The notes: a model not told the origin generated them from the sequence alone. A stretch of 64,000 nucleotides of DNA from Chlorobiota bacterium (GCA_044224515.1 JBGAKH010000012.1:12363-76362); one strand, 5' to 3'. Counted from the stretch's first letter, positions 1-10,439 are shown. Numbers and translations: made by a program.

Positions 1-381
1 GACCTCATCGTTTAAATCAACGGCATTGTTGGATCCCATGTTGATATTGAAGGAGCGTTTGACATGCACTTTGGCATCCGCTTCACGATCGCGCAGCAAG
101 AAACCAATGCCAAACAGGATGAGACCGAGAGGTAAGGCTGTAGCCCAAAAATCAGTTCCCGTCAAGTGATTGGCTATAAGCAAGCCACCAAGTCCGATTA
201 GAACCAGACCACCCATCAACTTGTTAGGTCTGTTGATGATCTGAACCACGCCCACCGCCACTAGTATCAAGGGCCACCATATTTCGAATACTTCACCGAA
301 TGGAAAGCCAACCGTGTTTTCCAGAAGAAAGCCGGCGCCAACCGCAATTAAAATCACACCAACCCAAATCCGTGATTTCAT
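1..381 (-). CDS. LiaF/LiaI-like (DUF5668-type) membrane protein, 3' end runs off the window
   Basis: Not in the ORF track (truncated). ATG at 379-381 with SD GGAGG upstream; translation MKSRIWVGVILIAVGAGFLLENTVGFPFGEVFEIWWPLILVAVGVVQII..., four hydrophobic segments and the xWPLILI-like motif typical of LiaF-TM/DUF5668; open to base 1. Confidence 0.6.
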   Translation of the reverse strand, partial: MKSRIWVGVILIAVGAGFLLENTVGFPFGEVFEIWWPLILVAVGVVQIINRPNKLMGGLVLIGLGGLLIANHLTGTDFWATALPLGLILFGIGFLLRDREADAKVHVKRSFNINMGSNNAVDLNDEV

Positions 382-407
382 AGGACCTCCTGTTTGTTCC
401 CCTTCAC

Positions 408-433
408 TACGTCGCAGGACTACTGATGTTGCA
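408..433 (-). promoter_or_regulatory. Candidate ECF-sigma promoter TGCAAC-N16-CGTA
   Basis: Minus strand TGCAAC atcagtagtcctgcga CGTA, ending 26 nt before the LiaF-like start; resembles the sigmaW-type consensus TGAAAC-N16-CGTA. Confidence 0.4.
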
Positions 434-531
434 GCCTGCCCAAAGAAAAGCCCGGGCTAAGCCTGAATCTGTCAAAAAGAATCAATTTGGCAAAATATGA
501 CACGTAAGCAATGCAAGAATAGTCCGAAAAC

Positions 532-1446
532 TCAAAGCAGACATTGCCACGCATCGTCGATACGGTCGAGCATTAGACAGAGCTTTGCGGCTCGGTGCGC
601 GACAAGTGTATCGTCCCCTCTTTCTAAACCTCGAAGAATGGCATTCAGTTCCGGCACCAGCCCATCCGGTAGCTGCATACGCACGGACCTAAGGCAGGCG
701 TCCAGCGAAAAGCCGCTCGTGGGACTTGGTATGGACGGAGACATGGCGAGTCGCGCACAGTCATTGGCACTCAAGACGCTACTCAGGCGAATGTGCTCCG
801 GTAGTTGGTCCATACCCATGCCACGACTTCGTGGTTGTGCTGCCTCAAAACAGTCTTCCTCTCGTATGCGGGCATACCATTTATAACCCATACGGGCAAC
901 TAAGTCCATTTTTCGAGGATCAATGGTCCCATTGGTCATAACCTCTTCTTTTACATGCAGGCGCAGCACTTTCAACAGCATGATATTGCCGTTTCCACCA
1001 AGTTCTCGAAAGAGCTCAATGTTCTGGATCAGCTCGCATTCCATCGAAAAGCAGGATTCCGCCACATATGGCACGGGCACCACATCACCCATGCACTTTG
1101 TCAAGCCGGACTTCACATACTCGTCAACACCGTACTCGTAGTCGGTGGATGCCAGGTTCATTTGATGAACAAATGAGTGACTTACCATACTGATAGTACA
1201 CTGACCCGTTTGCAGAATATTTAGGAGAGTGTCTTTTTCACGTCCACTAGCCGCGGCGATAGCCGGGCCTATGGCCACCACAGGGGGCTTCGAGGCAAAA
1301 GAGTTGAAAAAGCTAAATGGAGCTAGATTTACTTGTCCGGAAGCGTTCACGGAACTGACGAAGGCTATGGGACGTGGCGCAACACCGCTTAATAGAATCT
1401 GGTGAAAATCGCGGTGGGCTATGGTAGACGGATCGTAGTGGATCAT
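532..1446 (-). CDS. Flavin reductase-like (DIM6/NTAB) family protein
   Basis: PRPIAFVSS...NLAPFSFFN, KDTLLNI and DLVARMG motifs; C-terminal GMDQLPEHIR extension as in long Bacteroidota members. Confidence 0.85.
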   Translation of the reverse strand: MIHYDPSTIAHRDFHQILLSGVAPRPIAFVSSVNASGQVNLAPFSFFNSFASKPPVVAIGPAIAAASGREKDTLLNILQTGQCTISMVSHSFVHQMNLASTDYEYGVDEYVKSGLTKCMGDVVPVPYVAESCFSMECELIQNIELFRELGGNGNIMLLKVLRLHVKEEVMTNGTIDPRKMDLVARMGYKWYARIREEDCFEAAQPRSRGMGMDQLPEHIRLSSVLSANDCARLAMSPSIPSPTSGFSLDACLRSVRMQLPDGLVPELNAILRGLERGDDTLVAHRAAKLCLMLDRIDDAWQCLL

Positions 1447-1753
1447 GCGCTCTGCAACCGATCAATGATGAAGGAATCAGATACAAAGATATCACCAAGA
1501 GCTGTGCCGCTCATCCGGGCAACACACTCTACATTAGGCACGGACGGCTATTTTCGGAACAGCTATTCCTATGACAACACCGACATCTTCAGTCTGACGA
1601 CATGAATCTTAACTTTTTTGTGACAACTCTTCTGGCTGCGAATCGCACAAGTCCGTAATTTTACACGATGCTTTTGCTATGCATCGGCCTACGGCCGCTG
1701 CCGGGGAAGCAAAAACAATAGTGAACCTTCACACCTTTTTAAGGATCCTTTCA

Positions 1754-3700
1754 ATGCGTACAAGCACCTCGCTTCTACTTGTAACGCTTGCATTGCTCTT
1801 TACCATGAGCTGTAAACGCAAGCAAGAGTACAAAATGCCGCCAAGCAATTCGAAGAATTTCTCTCTTTGGCACAAAGTCGACACTCCTGCGGGAGCTGAC
1901 CCAAGCGTCGCGGACAGTTTAGGCGGCAACGGTTTCGAGAAGATTGCAGATAAAATGGGTTTTGTTACCTACGTACCCAAAGACGATGAACTCAAGTACT
2001 TCGGAGATTCGCGCGCTGTGAAAGGTGGCGAGTTTCGTATTGTGTCCGAGCAATTTCCGGCTACCTTTCGTCCGGAAGGACAAAACTCCACCAGCGTCTA
2101 CAATCAAGACGTCAAAGCCATAGTCTATGAAACATTGCTCGGCACGCATCCTCTAACCAACGAGTACATGCCCAGCTTGGCTTCGCACTGGAAAATCAGC
2201 GAAGACAAGATGACCTTTACCTTCCGTATCAATCCGAACGCGCGCTTCTCGGACGGCAATCCGGTGACTTCGGAAGACGTGATCGCTTCCTACAAGCTTC
2301 AAATGGACGAAACCATATTGGAACCCTCCGCTCAGCTTGTGTACTCGAAGTTTGAAATGCCTGTGGCAATTTCGAAGTACATCGTTCAGGTTCGCACAAA
2401 GACTTTGAACTTCCGCAACCTTCTGTACTTCTCAGGAATGTTGATTCAGTCATCGAAGGAAATTGGCAAGCTGACCGGTAAAGAGTATTTGGAAAAGTAC
2501 AACCAGGTGATGCCGGTAGGTTCAGGTCCGTATATTCTTTTGACCCAAGACATTAAAGATGGTGTTCAGTATATCATGACACGTCGTGACGACTACTGGG
2601 CAAAAGATGACCCGGTGAACAAGTATGCCGGTAACTTCGACCGAATTGTCTATGAAGTCGTCCGTGATAACCCGACGCTTCAATATGAGAAGTTCAAGAA
2701 CGGCGAAGGTGACTGTTTCCGTTTCAACATGGCAACCACTGAAAAGTGGATTAAAGACACCGAGTACGATGCAATCAAGCATGGCTGGGTGAAGCGTATG
2801 CGCGTCTTTAACGAAGCACCGATGGGTACTGCCGGATATGCGTTCAACATGCGCAAAGAACCGTGGAACGACATTAAGGTTCGCGTTGCATTTGCTCACC
2901 TCGTTCCTCGCAAGCAAATCATCGAGAAGCTGCTCTACAATGAGTATGAGCCCTACGATACAGAGTATCCCAATTCTGTCTACGAATGCCCGAGCAACGA
3001 AAAGATAGAGTACGACCCCGCACTCGCAAACAAATTGCTCGATGAAGCCGGTTGGTCACAACGAAATGCTCAGGGTATTCGCGTAAAGAACGGCAAAGCG
3101 TTGTCTTTCGAATTGGCTATCACCAAACCTGTTGAGCGTTTTGTGACTCCAACTCAACAAGAACTTCGTAAAGCCGGTATCGATATGCAGCTCAAGTTCG
3201 AAGACTGGCCAACAACCATCAAGAATATCGACGCACGTAACTTCGAGGTCTTCTACTTTGGTTATGGTGGATTGGTTATTCCGAATCCGGAAACCTCTAT
3301 GAAGTCAAGTCTAGCCGACAAGAGTGACAACAATAACATCCAGGGCATCAAGAACGAGCGCGTAGATCAACTCTGCGATGCTTATGACAAAGCCTTCGAT
3401 GTAAAAGAGCAGATTAAGATCATCCGCGAGATTGACTCCATTGCCGCATCGATCCATTACAATGTTCAGCAGTGGAATCCCCGCGGCATTCGCTTCGCCT
3501 ACTGGGACAAGTTCGGCATGCCGGAGTTTGTGGCTCCGCGTCTGACCCAGTTATCGTATCTCTATCGTACTCTCGCAATGACCTGGTGGTACGATCCTGA
3601 GAAGGCAGCAGCCATCGACGCAGCGAAAGCAGCAAAGAAAGACGTTGACGGACCGAAGACGATCCAAGAGAATCGCTTCTGGAAAGAACACAAGTTGTAA
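1754..3700 (+). CDS. oppA: Peptide ABC transporter substrate-binding lipoprotein (family 5, OppA/YejA-like)
   Basis: Start taken at MRTSTS (1754); lipobox-like TMS-C; GDSRAVKGG, LASHWKISEDKMTFTFRINPNARFSDGNPVTSEDV, PVGSGPY motifs; followed by oppBCDF. Confidence 0.9.
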   Translation: MRTSTSLLLVTLALLFTMSCKRKQEYKMPPSNSKNFSLWHKVDTPAGADPSVADSLGGNGFEKIADKMGFVTYVPKDDELKYFGDSRAVKGGEFRIVSEQFPATFRPEGQNSTSVYNQDVKAIVYETLLGTHPLTNEYMPSLASHWKISEDKMTFTFRINPNARFSDGNPVTSEDVIASYKLQMDETILEPSAQLVYSKFEMPVAISKYIVQVRTKTLNFRNLLYFSGMLIQSSKEIGKLTGKEYLEKYNQVMPVGSGPYILLTQDIKDGVQYIMTRRDDYWAKDDPVNKYAGNFDRIVYEVVRDNPTLQYEKFKNGEGDCFRFNMATTEKWIKDTEYDAIKHGWVKRMRVFNEAPMGTAGYAFNMRKEPWNDIKVRVAFAHLVPRKQIIEKLLYNEYEPYDTEYPNSVYECPSNEKIEYDPALANKLLDEAGWSQRNAQGIRVKNGKALSFELAITKPVERFVTPTQQELRKAGIDMQLKFEDWPTTIKNIDARNFEVFYFGYGGLVIPNPETSMKSSLADKSDNNNIQGIKNERVDQLCDAYDKAFDVKEQIKIIREIDSIAASIHYNVQQWNPRGIRFAYWDKFGMPEFVAPRLTQLSYLYRTLAMTWWYDPEKAAAIDAAKAAKKDVDGPKTIQENRFWKEHKL

Positions 3701-3728
3701 TCCCTGTCTCATCGCTTTTCTTCCGTTC

Positions 3729-3764
3729 AAAGAGCCGCTTGTAGCCAAGCGGCTCTTTTTTTTT
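3729..3764 (+). terminator. Intrinsic terminator between oppA and oppB
   Basis: AAAGAGCCGCTT-gtagcc-AAGCGGCTCTTT perfect 12-bp stem with a T-run. Confidence 0.85.
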
Positions 3765-4079
3765 GGAAACAGGCAAGTCACATACAACGCCACAAGCACA
3801 GACTGCACCGCCGCAAGCATTTGTGTATTGAATGAGTAGGTTATACGAACGATACATGATCACAAACCGAACTACAGCACCTGGACTAGCATTTGGCAAC
3901 GCGTTGAGAAGAAAGCCTAAATGGCTCAAAAATTCTCAAGAAATGCCTTTCCGAAAGCCTCGCAGATACTATTTTTACGCAGACGGGGACTGACTGTTCA
4001 CCTCGAACACGATGCAAGACTCCACGACACTCTTTTCGCAGCCTCTGCGGAAGAACGAAACACCATATTTGGCTGAATC

Positions 4080-5315
4080 ATGTTCTCATACTTTGTACGA
4101 CGCATCCTTCTAACCATTCCGACCTTTATTGGCTGCACCCTGGTCGTGTTCTGTATTGTGCAATTGGCGCCGGGAGGACCTCTTGAGCAGCAACTGATGG
4201 CACTCAAGCGTGGAAGCACGGAGTCCGGTGGTGCATCGAACGTACAAGGACAAGCATTGCCGACCGAGGCATTGAATGAACTAAAGCGATTCTACGGCTT
4301 CGATAAACCCCTCCACATCCGTTACTTAATCTGGTTGGGAGTCTGGAAACGCGAAGCGGAGTCGTACAACCTACAACCGGAGACACGGCGCCTGGTTGGC
4401 GACGGCAAGAGTGTTATGATCAAGGGCAGTCCGGGTAATTGGAAAGTCTACGATGCTGACAGCCCCGAAACCGAGGTAGCAGGCTGGCAGATTGGGCAAA
4501 GCACGAACGACAGCGGACAGGTATCCTTCCGTGTGTTTCGTGAGGAGTTTAGTGGAATCTTGACCGGCAACTTTGGAAAGTCCTACACCTATCGCAAACC
4601 CGTGTTGCAGCTGATTGAAGACCGAATGCCGATCTCGATACAGTTTGGGATTATCAGTTTCATTCTCACCTATATCGTGTGCCTGTATCTGGGTATTCAG
4701 AAAGCGCTAAACCACAACTCGACCTTCGACTTCATTTCTTCATCCATCGTTTTTATTGCCTACTCCGTGCCCGGATGGGCATTGGGCGCGGTGCTGGTGG
4801 TACTTCTTGGCACTAGTAATTTCTTGGCCATATTTCCCTTGGGAGGGTTCCAAGACAAGATGTACAGTGAGCTTCCGCTGCTCGACAAAATCATAGACCG
4901 AGCAAGTCACTTTGTTCTGCCCTTGGTTTCCTACTCGCTGGGAGGCTTTGCCACACTTACCATGTTGATGAAGAATTCTCTGCTCGAAAATTTATCGCAA
5001 GACTATGTACGCACAGCCTTCGCCAAAGGTATCCGTGAGCAACGAGTGATTTGGCTGCACGCAATGCGCAACTCTATCATTCCAAGCGCTGCGGGCATTG
5101 GCTACGTGATTGTCTTGTTTGTTACGGGATCCTATCTTATCGAGTCGGTCTTCAATATCGATGGCATCGGCAAGCTGTCGTTTGAAGCCGTAGTAAGCCG
5201 CGATTATCCTATTGTCTTCTGTTTTACCGTGATTTCGGTAACGATAACCCTGGTTGGTTCCATTTTGTCGGACCTTGCCGTTTCGCTCGTTGACCCACGT
5301 ATTCGCTACCGCTAG
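4080..5315 (+). CDS. oppB: Peptide ABC transporter permease (OppB/YejB-like)
   Basis: MFSYFVRRILLTIPTF N-terminus; EAA loop DYVRTAFAKGIREQRVIWLHAMRNS; C-terminal DPRIRY. Confidence 0.92.
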   Translation: MFSYFVRRILLTIPTFIGCTLVVFCIVQLAPGGPLEQQLMALKRGSTESGGASNVQGQALPTEALNELKRFYGFDKPLHIRYLIWLGVWKREAESYNLQPETRRLVGDGKSVMIKGSPGNWKVYDADSPETEVAGWQIGQSTNDSGQVSFRVFREEFSGILTGNFGKSYTYRKPVLQLIEDRMPISIQFGIISFILTYIVCLYLGIQKALNHNSTFDFISSSIVFIAYSVPGWALGAVLVVLLGTSNFLAIFPLGGFQDKMYSELPLLDKIIDRASHFVLPLVSYSLGGFATLTMLMKNSLLENLSQDYVRTAFAKGIREQRVIWLHAMRNSIIPSAAGIGYVIVLFVTGSYLIESVFNIDGIGKLSFEAVVSRDYPIVFCFTVISVTITLVGSILSDLAVSLVDPRIRYR

Positions 5316-5357
5316 GCATCGAGTACGGCAGATTCACAGAATTCAACTCTTGATCTT

Positions 5358-6497
5358 ATGTCAAAAAACAACACTGCAGCTCCGGCACAGAAAATTCTGA
5401 GCATTAATCAAAGACGATGGAAAAAGTTTAAGACCATTCGTCGTGGTTATTTGTCGCTGATCATTCTGCTCAGCCTCTATATTCTGTCGTTCTTCCTTCC
5501 AATTGTCATCAACAACAAGGCTCTGTACGTTTCATACAACGGCAACAGTTACTTCCCGGCATTTCGGGATTTGTTGGACATACCCGTTATCGGAGCGATC
5601 GGTGGCCCACCGTTTATTAGTGGTGAGACCTTAGGGCAAGTCGGTAACAAAGCCGAATGCACCTATCGTGAATTGCAAAAGCAGTACAAGGAGCAGGGCG
5701 GACAGAACACGGTCATCATGCCGCTATACCCTTTCAGTCCTATTGAAGACATCTCCGTACCGGGCAATGAGACCTTCGTAGCACCCTTTGCTACCAAAGA
5801 CGGAACAACGCTCCCGCGCCCGCTTGGCACCGACGATCGCGGTCGCGATGTGCTCGCACGCCTGGCTTATGGCTTTCAAATCTCCATGTCATTTGCTCTG
5901 CTCGTTGCAATTATTGAGTATTTGATCGGCATTCCAATTGGCGCATTCATGGGATACTTTGGCGGCAAGTTCGACTTGTTGATGCAGCGCTTCATTGAAA
6001 TTTGGCAGTCACTGCCCTTCCTTTTCTTGATTATTATCCTCGTTTCCATCTTCCGTCCGAGCTTCTTCCTCCTTGTGTGCATTTTGTCAGCCTTTGCTTG
6101 GATCAGCATCGCCGCTCAGATGCGTGCTCAGTACTACAGAGAAAAGACTCGCGACTACGTATCGGCAGCTGTCTCTATCGGTGTTCCCACATGGTCAATC
6201 CTGATCAAGCACATTCTGCCAAACACTTTGGTTCCCATCATCACTTTCTTCCCCTTTGCAATCGTTGGGGGTATTGGTTCTCTCGTGAGCATTGAGTTCT
6301 TGGGTTTCGGACTTGCGCCGCCCACTCCAAGCTGGGGCGAAATGGTGGGTGTGGGCTTGCGTGAAATCACAAGCGGATACTGGTGGATGGTACTTGTACC
6401 ACTTGGCGCCATGTTCGTGACCTTGCTTTTGGTGGTCTTCATTGGCGAAGCGGTACGTGAAGCATTTGATCCTAAAACATTCAGCAGACTGCGCTAA
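5358..6497 (+). CDS. oppC: Peptide ABC transporter permease (OppC/YejE-like)
   Basis: PLGTDDRGRDVLARL, RDYVSAAVSIG...KHILPN, PSWG, GEAVREAFDP motifs. Confidence 0.92.
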   Translation: MSKNNTAAPAQKILSINQRRWKKFKTIRRGYLSLIILLSLYILSFFLPIVINNKALYVSYNGNSYFPAFRDLLDIPVIGAIGGPPFISGETLGQVGNKAECTYRELQKQYKEQGGQNTVIMPLYPFSPIEDISVPGNETFVAPFATKDGTTLPRPLGTDDRGRDVLARLAYGFQISMSFALLVAIIEYLIGIPIGAFMGYFGGKFDLLMQRFIEIWQSLPFLFLIIILVSIFRPSFFLLVCILSAFAWISIAAQMRAQYYREKTRDYVSAAVSIGVPTWSILIKHILPNTLVPIITFFPFAIVGGIGSLVSIEFLGFGLAPPTPSWGEMVGVGLREITSGYWWMVLVPLGAMFVTLLLVVFIGEAVREAFDPKTFSRLR

Positions 6498-6530
6498 GCG
6501 CTCTGTGATTCGAGAACAACATTTCCGTTC

Positions 6531-7544
6531 ATGACGCACGAAAAACTTTTCGAAATAAAGAATCTCAAGACCTACTTCAACATTGAAGGCACCTGGGCTA
6601 AAGCGGTAGATGGAGTCAGTTTCGACATCTATAAAGGCGAAGTACTTGGTATCGTGGGCGAATCCGGCTCCGGAAAATCCGTTACAGCATTGTCGTTGAT
6701 GAAGCTGATACCGGACCCTCCCGGACGCATTATGGATGGCTCCATCATGTACCAAGGTACCGACATCGTCAAGCTCACCTATGAGGAGATGTACAAGATC
6801 CGCGGCAAGCAGATTGCCATGATCTTTCAAGAACCCATGACCTCGCTCAACCCTGTCTTCCGTATTGGAATGCAGATCGCCGAAGTGCTTATGGCGCACG
6901 AGGGCTTGGATGAAAAGGTTGCACACGAGCGGGCCGTTGAAATGCTGCGCTTGGTTGGTATTCCTGACCCGGAGAAACGCGTTCTCGATTACCCTCACCA
7001 GTTCAGCGGCGGCATGCGTCAACGGGTGATGATTGCCATCGCTCTGGCCTGCAACCCGGCACTGTTGATTGCCGATGAGCCCACAACTGCATTGGATGTG
7101 ACCATTCAAGCGCAGATTATCGACTTGATGTTAGAGCTGAAAGAGCGCAGAAAAGAAGCTGCCATTTTGCTCATCACACACGACTTGGCGGTCGTGGCCG
7201 AAACATGTCAGCGCGTTATCGTCATGTACGGAGGGAAGATTCAAGAGATTGCTGAAGTCAGTGAGCTCTTTGCCAAGCCTCTTCACCCTTACACGCGCGG
7301 ACTCATGGGTTCGATTCCACGTCCGGAAGATGAAACAGTTCGTCATGAACGCTTGCAAGCAATTCCGGGCAATGTACCAAGCATCATGAATCTGCCGGTG
7401 GGCTGTAAGTTCTGCACGCGTTGTGCGGAGAAAATCGACTCATGCGATACCGTTGAGCCGCCATTGGTTGAAATCACGCCGGACCACTTCGTGCGCTGTC
7501 ACTTAGTAAAGCCGACCATGGAAGGAGCTCGTAGCCATGAATAA
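6531..7544 (+). CDS. oppD: Peptide ABC transporter ATP-binding protein
   Basis: Walker A GESGSGKS, YPHQFSGGMRQR, DEPTTALDV, C-terminal CKFCTRC...VRCH. Confidence 0.95.
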   Translation: MTHEKLFEIKNLKTYFNIEGTWAKAVDGVSFDIYKGEVLGIVGESGSGKSVTALSLMKLIPDPPGRIMDGSIMYQGTDIVKLTYEEMYKIRGKQIAMIFQEPMTSLNPVFRIGMQIAEVLMAHEGLDEKVAHERAVEMLRLVGIPDPEKRVLDYPHQFSGGMRQRVMIAIALACNPALLIADEPTTALDVTIQAQIIDLMLELKERRKEAAILLITHDLAVVAETCQRVIVMYGGKIQEIAEVSELFAKPLHPYTRGLMGSIPRPEDETVRHERLQAIPGNVPSIMNLPVGCKFCTRCAEKIDSCDTVEPPLVEITPDHFVRCHLVKPTMEGARSHE

Positions 7545-8613
7545 GAATGACACCATGAACAACACGCAGTCTGCAAACGCAACCGACATTCTCTTAGAAG
7601 TCAAAGATCTGAAAGTTTACTTCCCGGTATATAGCGGCGTGTTGCAACGCAAAACTGCCGATGTCAAAGCCGTTGATGGCGTATCCTTCACCATCAAGCG
7701 CGGTGAAACACTTGGCTTGGTTGGTGAGTCCGGTTGCGGAAAGACAACGGTTGGTCGCGCTATTATCAATGTCTTGCGTCACGTCTCTCCCGATGTTCAA
7801 CTCTCCGGTGAAGTTAATCTCTACGATGAGAAGACCGGAGCGAAGACTAATCTTTTGAATCTGAGCACATCCGCCATGCGCCCCTACCGCAGCAAGATTC
7901 AAATGATTTTCCAAGATCCTTTCTCGTCGCTCAACGCTCGTATGAGTGTAAAGCAAATCGTTGCGGAACCACTGGAAATACATCGACCGGAGATGTCGGC
8001 CAAAGAAGTTGACGAACGCGTGAAGTGGCTGCTCGAAAAAGTAGGTCTGCAACCTGAGTATGCGGCCCGTTTTCCGCACGAGTTCTCGGGTGGTCAACGG
8101 CAACGTATTGGCATCGCACGTGCATTGGCAACGAACCCTGACCTCATTATTTGTGATGAACCTGTGTCGGCGCTCGACGTATCTGTTCAGGCGCAAGTGA
8201 TCAACCTCATGGAAGATTTGCGCGAGGAGTTCAAGATGAGCTATCTGTTCATCGCTCACGATCTCTCGGTTGTCTATCACATCTCGCAACGCATTGCCGT
8301 GATGTACCTGGGCAACATGATGGAAATCGGCGCCAACGACCAAGTGTATTTCGACCCAATGCACCCGTACAGCCGCGCATTGCTTTCGGCTGTTCCCGAA
8401 CCAAATCCGGAGCGTAAAGGAAAGTCACGCATCATTCTTAAGGGAGACATTCCCACCCCGCTGAACAAACCCAGCGGCTGTCCCTTCCGCACTCGCTGCC
8501 CTATCGCTCAAGCACGTTGCGCAGAAGGTGTCCCCACAACCATGACCATGCCTGACGGACGCGGTGTTGCCTGCCCCTTCACGGAAATGGCAGCCAAAGA
8601 GATGGCTCGTTGA
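7537..8613 (+). CDS. oppF: Peptide ABC transporter ATP-binding protein
   Basis: [38 protein letters not shown]; overlaps the oppD stop. Confidence 0.95.
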   Translation: MNKNDTMNNTQSANATDILLEVKDLKVYFPVYSGVLQRKTADVKAVDGVSFTIKRGETLGLVGESGCGKTTVGRAIINVLRHVSPDVQLSGEVNLYDEKTGAKTNLLNLSTSAMRPYRSKIQMIFQDPFSSLNARMSVKQIVAEPLEIHRPEMSAKEVDERVKWLLEKVGLQPEYAARFPHEFSGGQRQRIGIARALATNPDLIICDEPVSALDVSVQAQVINLMEDLREEFKMSYLFIAHDLSVVYHISQRIAVMYLGNMMEIGANDQVYFDPMHPYSRALLSAVPEPNPERKGKSRIILKGDIPTPLNKPSGCPFRTRCPIAQARCAEGVPTTMTMPDGRGVACPFTEMAAKEMAR

Positions 8614-8674
8614 TCGTGCAGGATTTGAAATAGATACGAAGTGAAAAGTACATCGTTAAAGACACACCGGAATT

Positions 8675-8701
8675 AAAAGGCGCTTCGCATAGCGCCTTTT
8701 T
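8675..8701 (+). terminator. Intrinsic (bidirectional-looking) terminator after oppF
   Basis: AAAAGGCGCT-tcgcat-AGCGCCTTTT followed by T. Confidence 0.85.
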
Positions 8702-8771
8702 CGTTTCGATAGAGCTTGGAGCATTTTGTAGAAGACCTCAAGCTATACGCATCATGGATAGAGCAGTGTTT

Positions 8772-8809
8772 TTTTGTCAAGCGCAGGCCTAGGCCTGCGC
8801 TTGACAAAA
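8772..8809. repeat. Perfect 38-bp zero-spacer palindrome
   Basis: TTTTGTCAAGCGCAGGCCT|AGGCCTGCGCTTGACAAAA; the two 19-nt halves are exact reverse complements. Confidence 0.95.
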
Positions 8810-8944
8810 GAAATCCTGCAGAATTGTTTCCGACTCGCCTCCACTTTTGACCGGAGCTGACGATACAGAAGAAGACAACAAGAATTCAGCTTTGGTGCGC
8901 GCTTGTACGAGCTCCGCGCTTTTTAATGAAGCCAAGAAACAGGG

Positions 8945-8975
8945 TTGTACAGTTCAAAATCTGCACCTATCTTTG
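8945..8975 (+). promoter_or_regulatory. Candidate housekeeping promoter for tRNA-Cys/efp
   Basis: TTGTAC-N17-TATCTT; the -10 part extends to TATCTTTG, matching the Bacteroidota TAnnTTTG element; about 30 nt before the tRNA. Confidence 0.5.
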
Positions 8976-9006
8976 TGTTCTTGATTTTTGACGTCACAGA
9001 ATATTT

Positions 9007-9077
9007 GGTCCCGTAGCAAAGTGGCTATGCAGAGCTCTGCAAAAGCTCCTACGGCGGTTCGAGTCCGTCCGGGACCT
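9007..9077 (+). tRNA. tRNA-Cys (GCA)
   Basis: Acceptor GGTCCCG/CGGGACC, anticodon arm GAGCT-CT GCA AA-AGCTC, T-loop TTCGAGT; CCA not encoded. Confidence 0.95.
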
Positions 9078-9157
9078 CTCTTCTTCAGCGCGATTCCTCA
9101 CCGAATCGCGTTTTTTTATTAGTAGATAGTAGGTATCATTATTTCCTTCGTGCACTC

Positions 9158-9721
9158 ATGGCAACGACTTCTGATCTCAAAAACGGCATTTTTATCAAGT
9201 TCAACAACGAACTCTGTCAAGTGCTGGAATCGGAACACCGTACACCCGGTAACCTCCGCGCGTTTTATCAAGTAAAGCTCCGTGTTATTCGTTCCGGAAA
9301 GCTCTTGGAAAACCGCTTCCGCTCGGGCGAAACCATCGACATCGTGCGCGTCGAAACACGACCATTCCAGTATCTCTACCGTGACGGCGAGTTTTTCGTA
9401 TTCATGGAAAACGAGACCTACGAGCAAATCACCGTCGACGCCAAAATTGTCGGAGATGCCTCAAAATTCATGAAGGAAAGCCAAGACGTCCAGATTTCCT
9501 TCGAAGAATCCACCCCACTATCCGTCGAATTGCCGGCGCACGTCCAACTGCGTATCACCTATACCGAACCCGGTTTTAAAGGCGACAGCGCCAACAACGT
9601 GTTGAAACCCGCCACTATCGAGACCGGAGCGCAAATCAGCGTTCCCACCTTCGTAAACGACGGCGAACTCATTCGCATCGACACCCGCACGGGTGAGTAC
9701 ATCGAGCGCGTTAAGGAGTAA
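9158..9721 (+). CDS. efp: Translation elongation factor P (tip loop PGNLR)
   Basis: [64 protein letters not shown]. Confidence 0.96.
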   Translation: MATTSDLKNGIFIKFNNELCQVLESEHRTPGNLRAFYQVKLRVIRSGKLLENRFRSGETIDIVRVETRPFQYLYRDGEFFVFMENETYEQITVDAKIVGDASKFMKESQDVQISFEESTPLSVELPAHVQLRITYTEPGFKGDSANNVLKPATIETGAQISVPTFVNDGELIRIDTRTGEYIERVKE

Positions 9722-9900
9722 TTTTTCCCTTTCGGTCTTTTGCGAGTTTTGGCGAAAAAGTGACAGAAGTTGGGAGGATTTTGTCGAAAACGACCAAATT
9801 CTACTCAACTTTTCACGTTTTTTGCCCATTTTTTTTGTTTGCTATTCACTCGCCTTCGCGTAACTTGTGTAAGAATTCTGACACTTTAGGAGCCTGTTCA

Positions 9901-10389
<489 letters not shown>

Positions 10390-10439
10390 GTTCGGATCGC
10401 ACCTCTGCACTGATTCTTGTTTCACCCACAGCACCACCG

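Noticed and set aside
6195-7109. Long antisense ORFs over conserved genes (e.g. 6195-7109, 7594-8364, 31374-32237, and several inside rpoBC)
   Set aside because: Typical shadow ORFs opposite highly conserved coding sequences; no independent evidence.
8825-8850. CCGACTCGCCTCCAC resembling a tmRNA/tRNA 3' end or att remnant
   Set aside because: Too short and degenerate; no T-arm, integrase or duplicated tRNA-Cys end.
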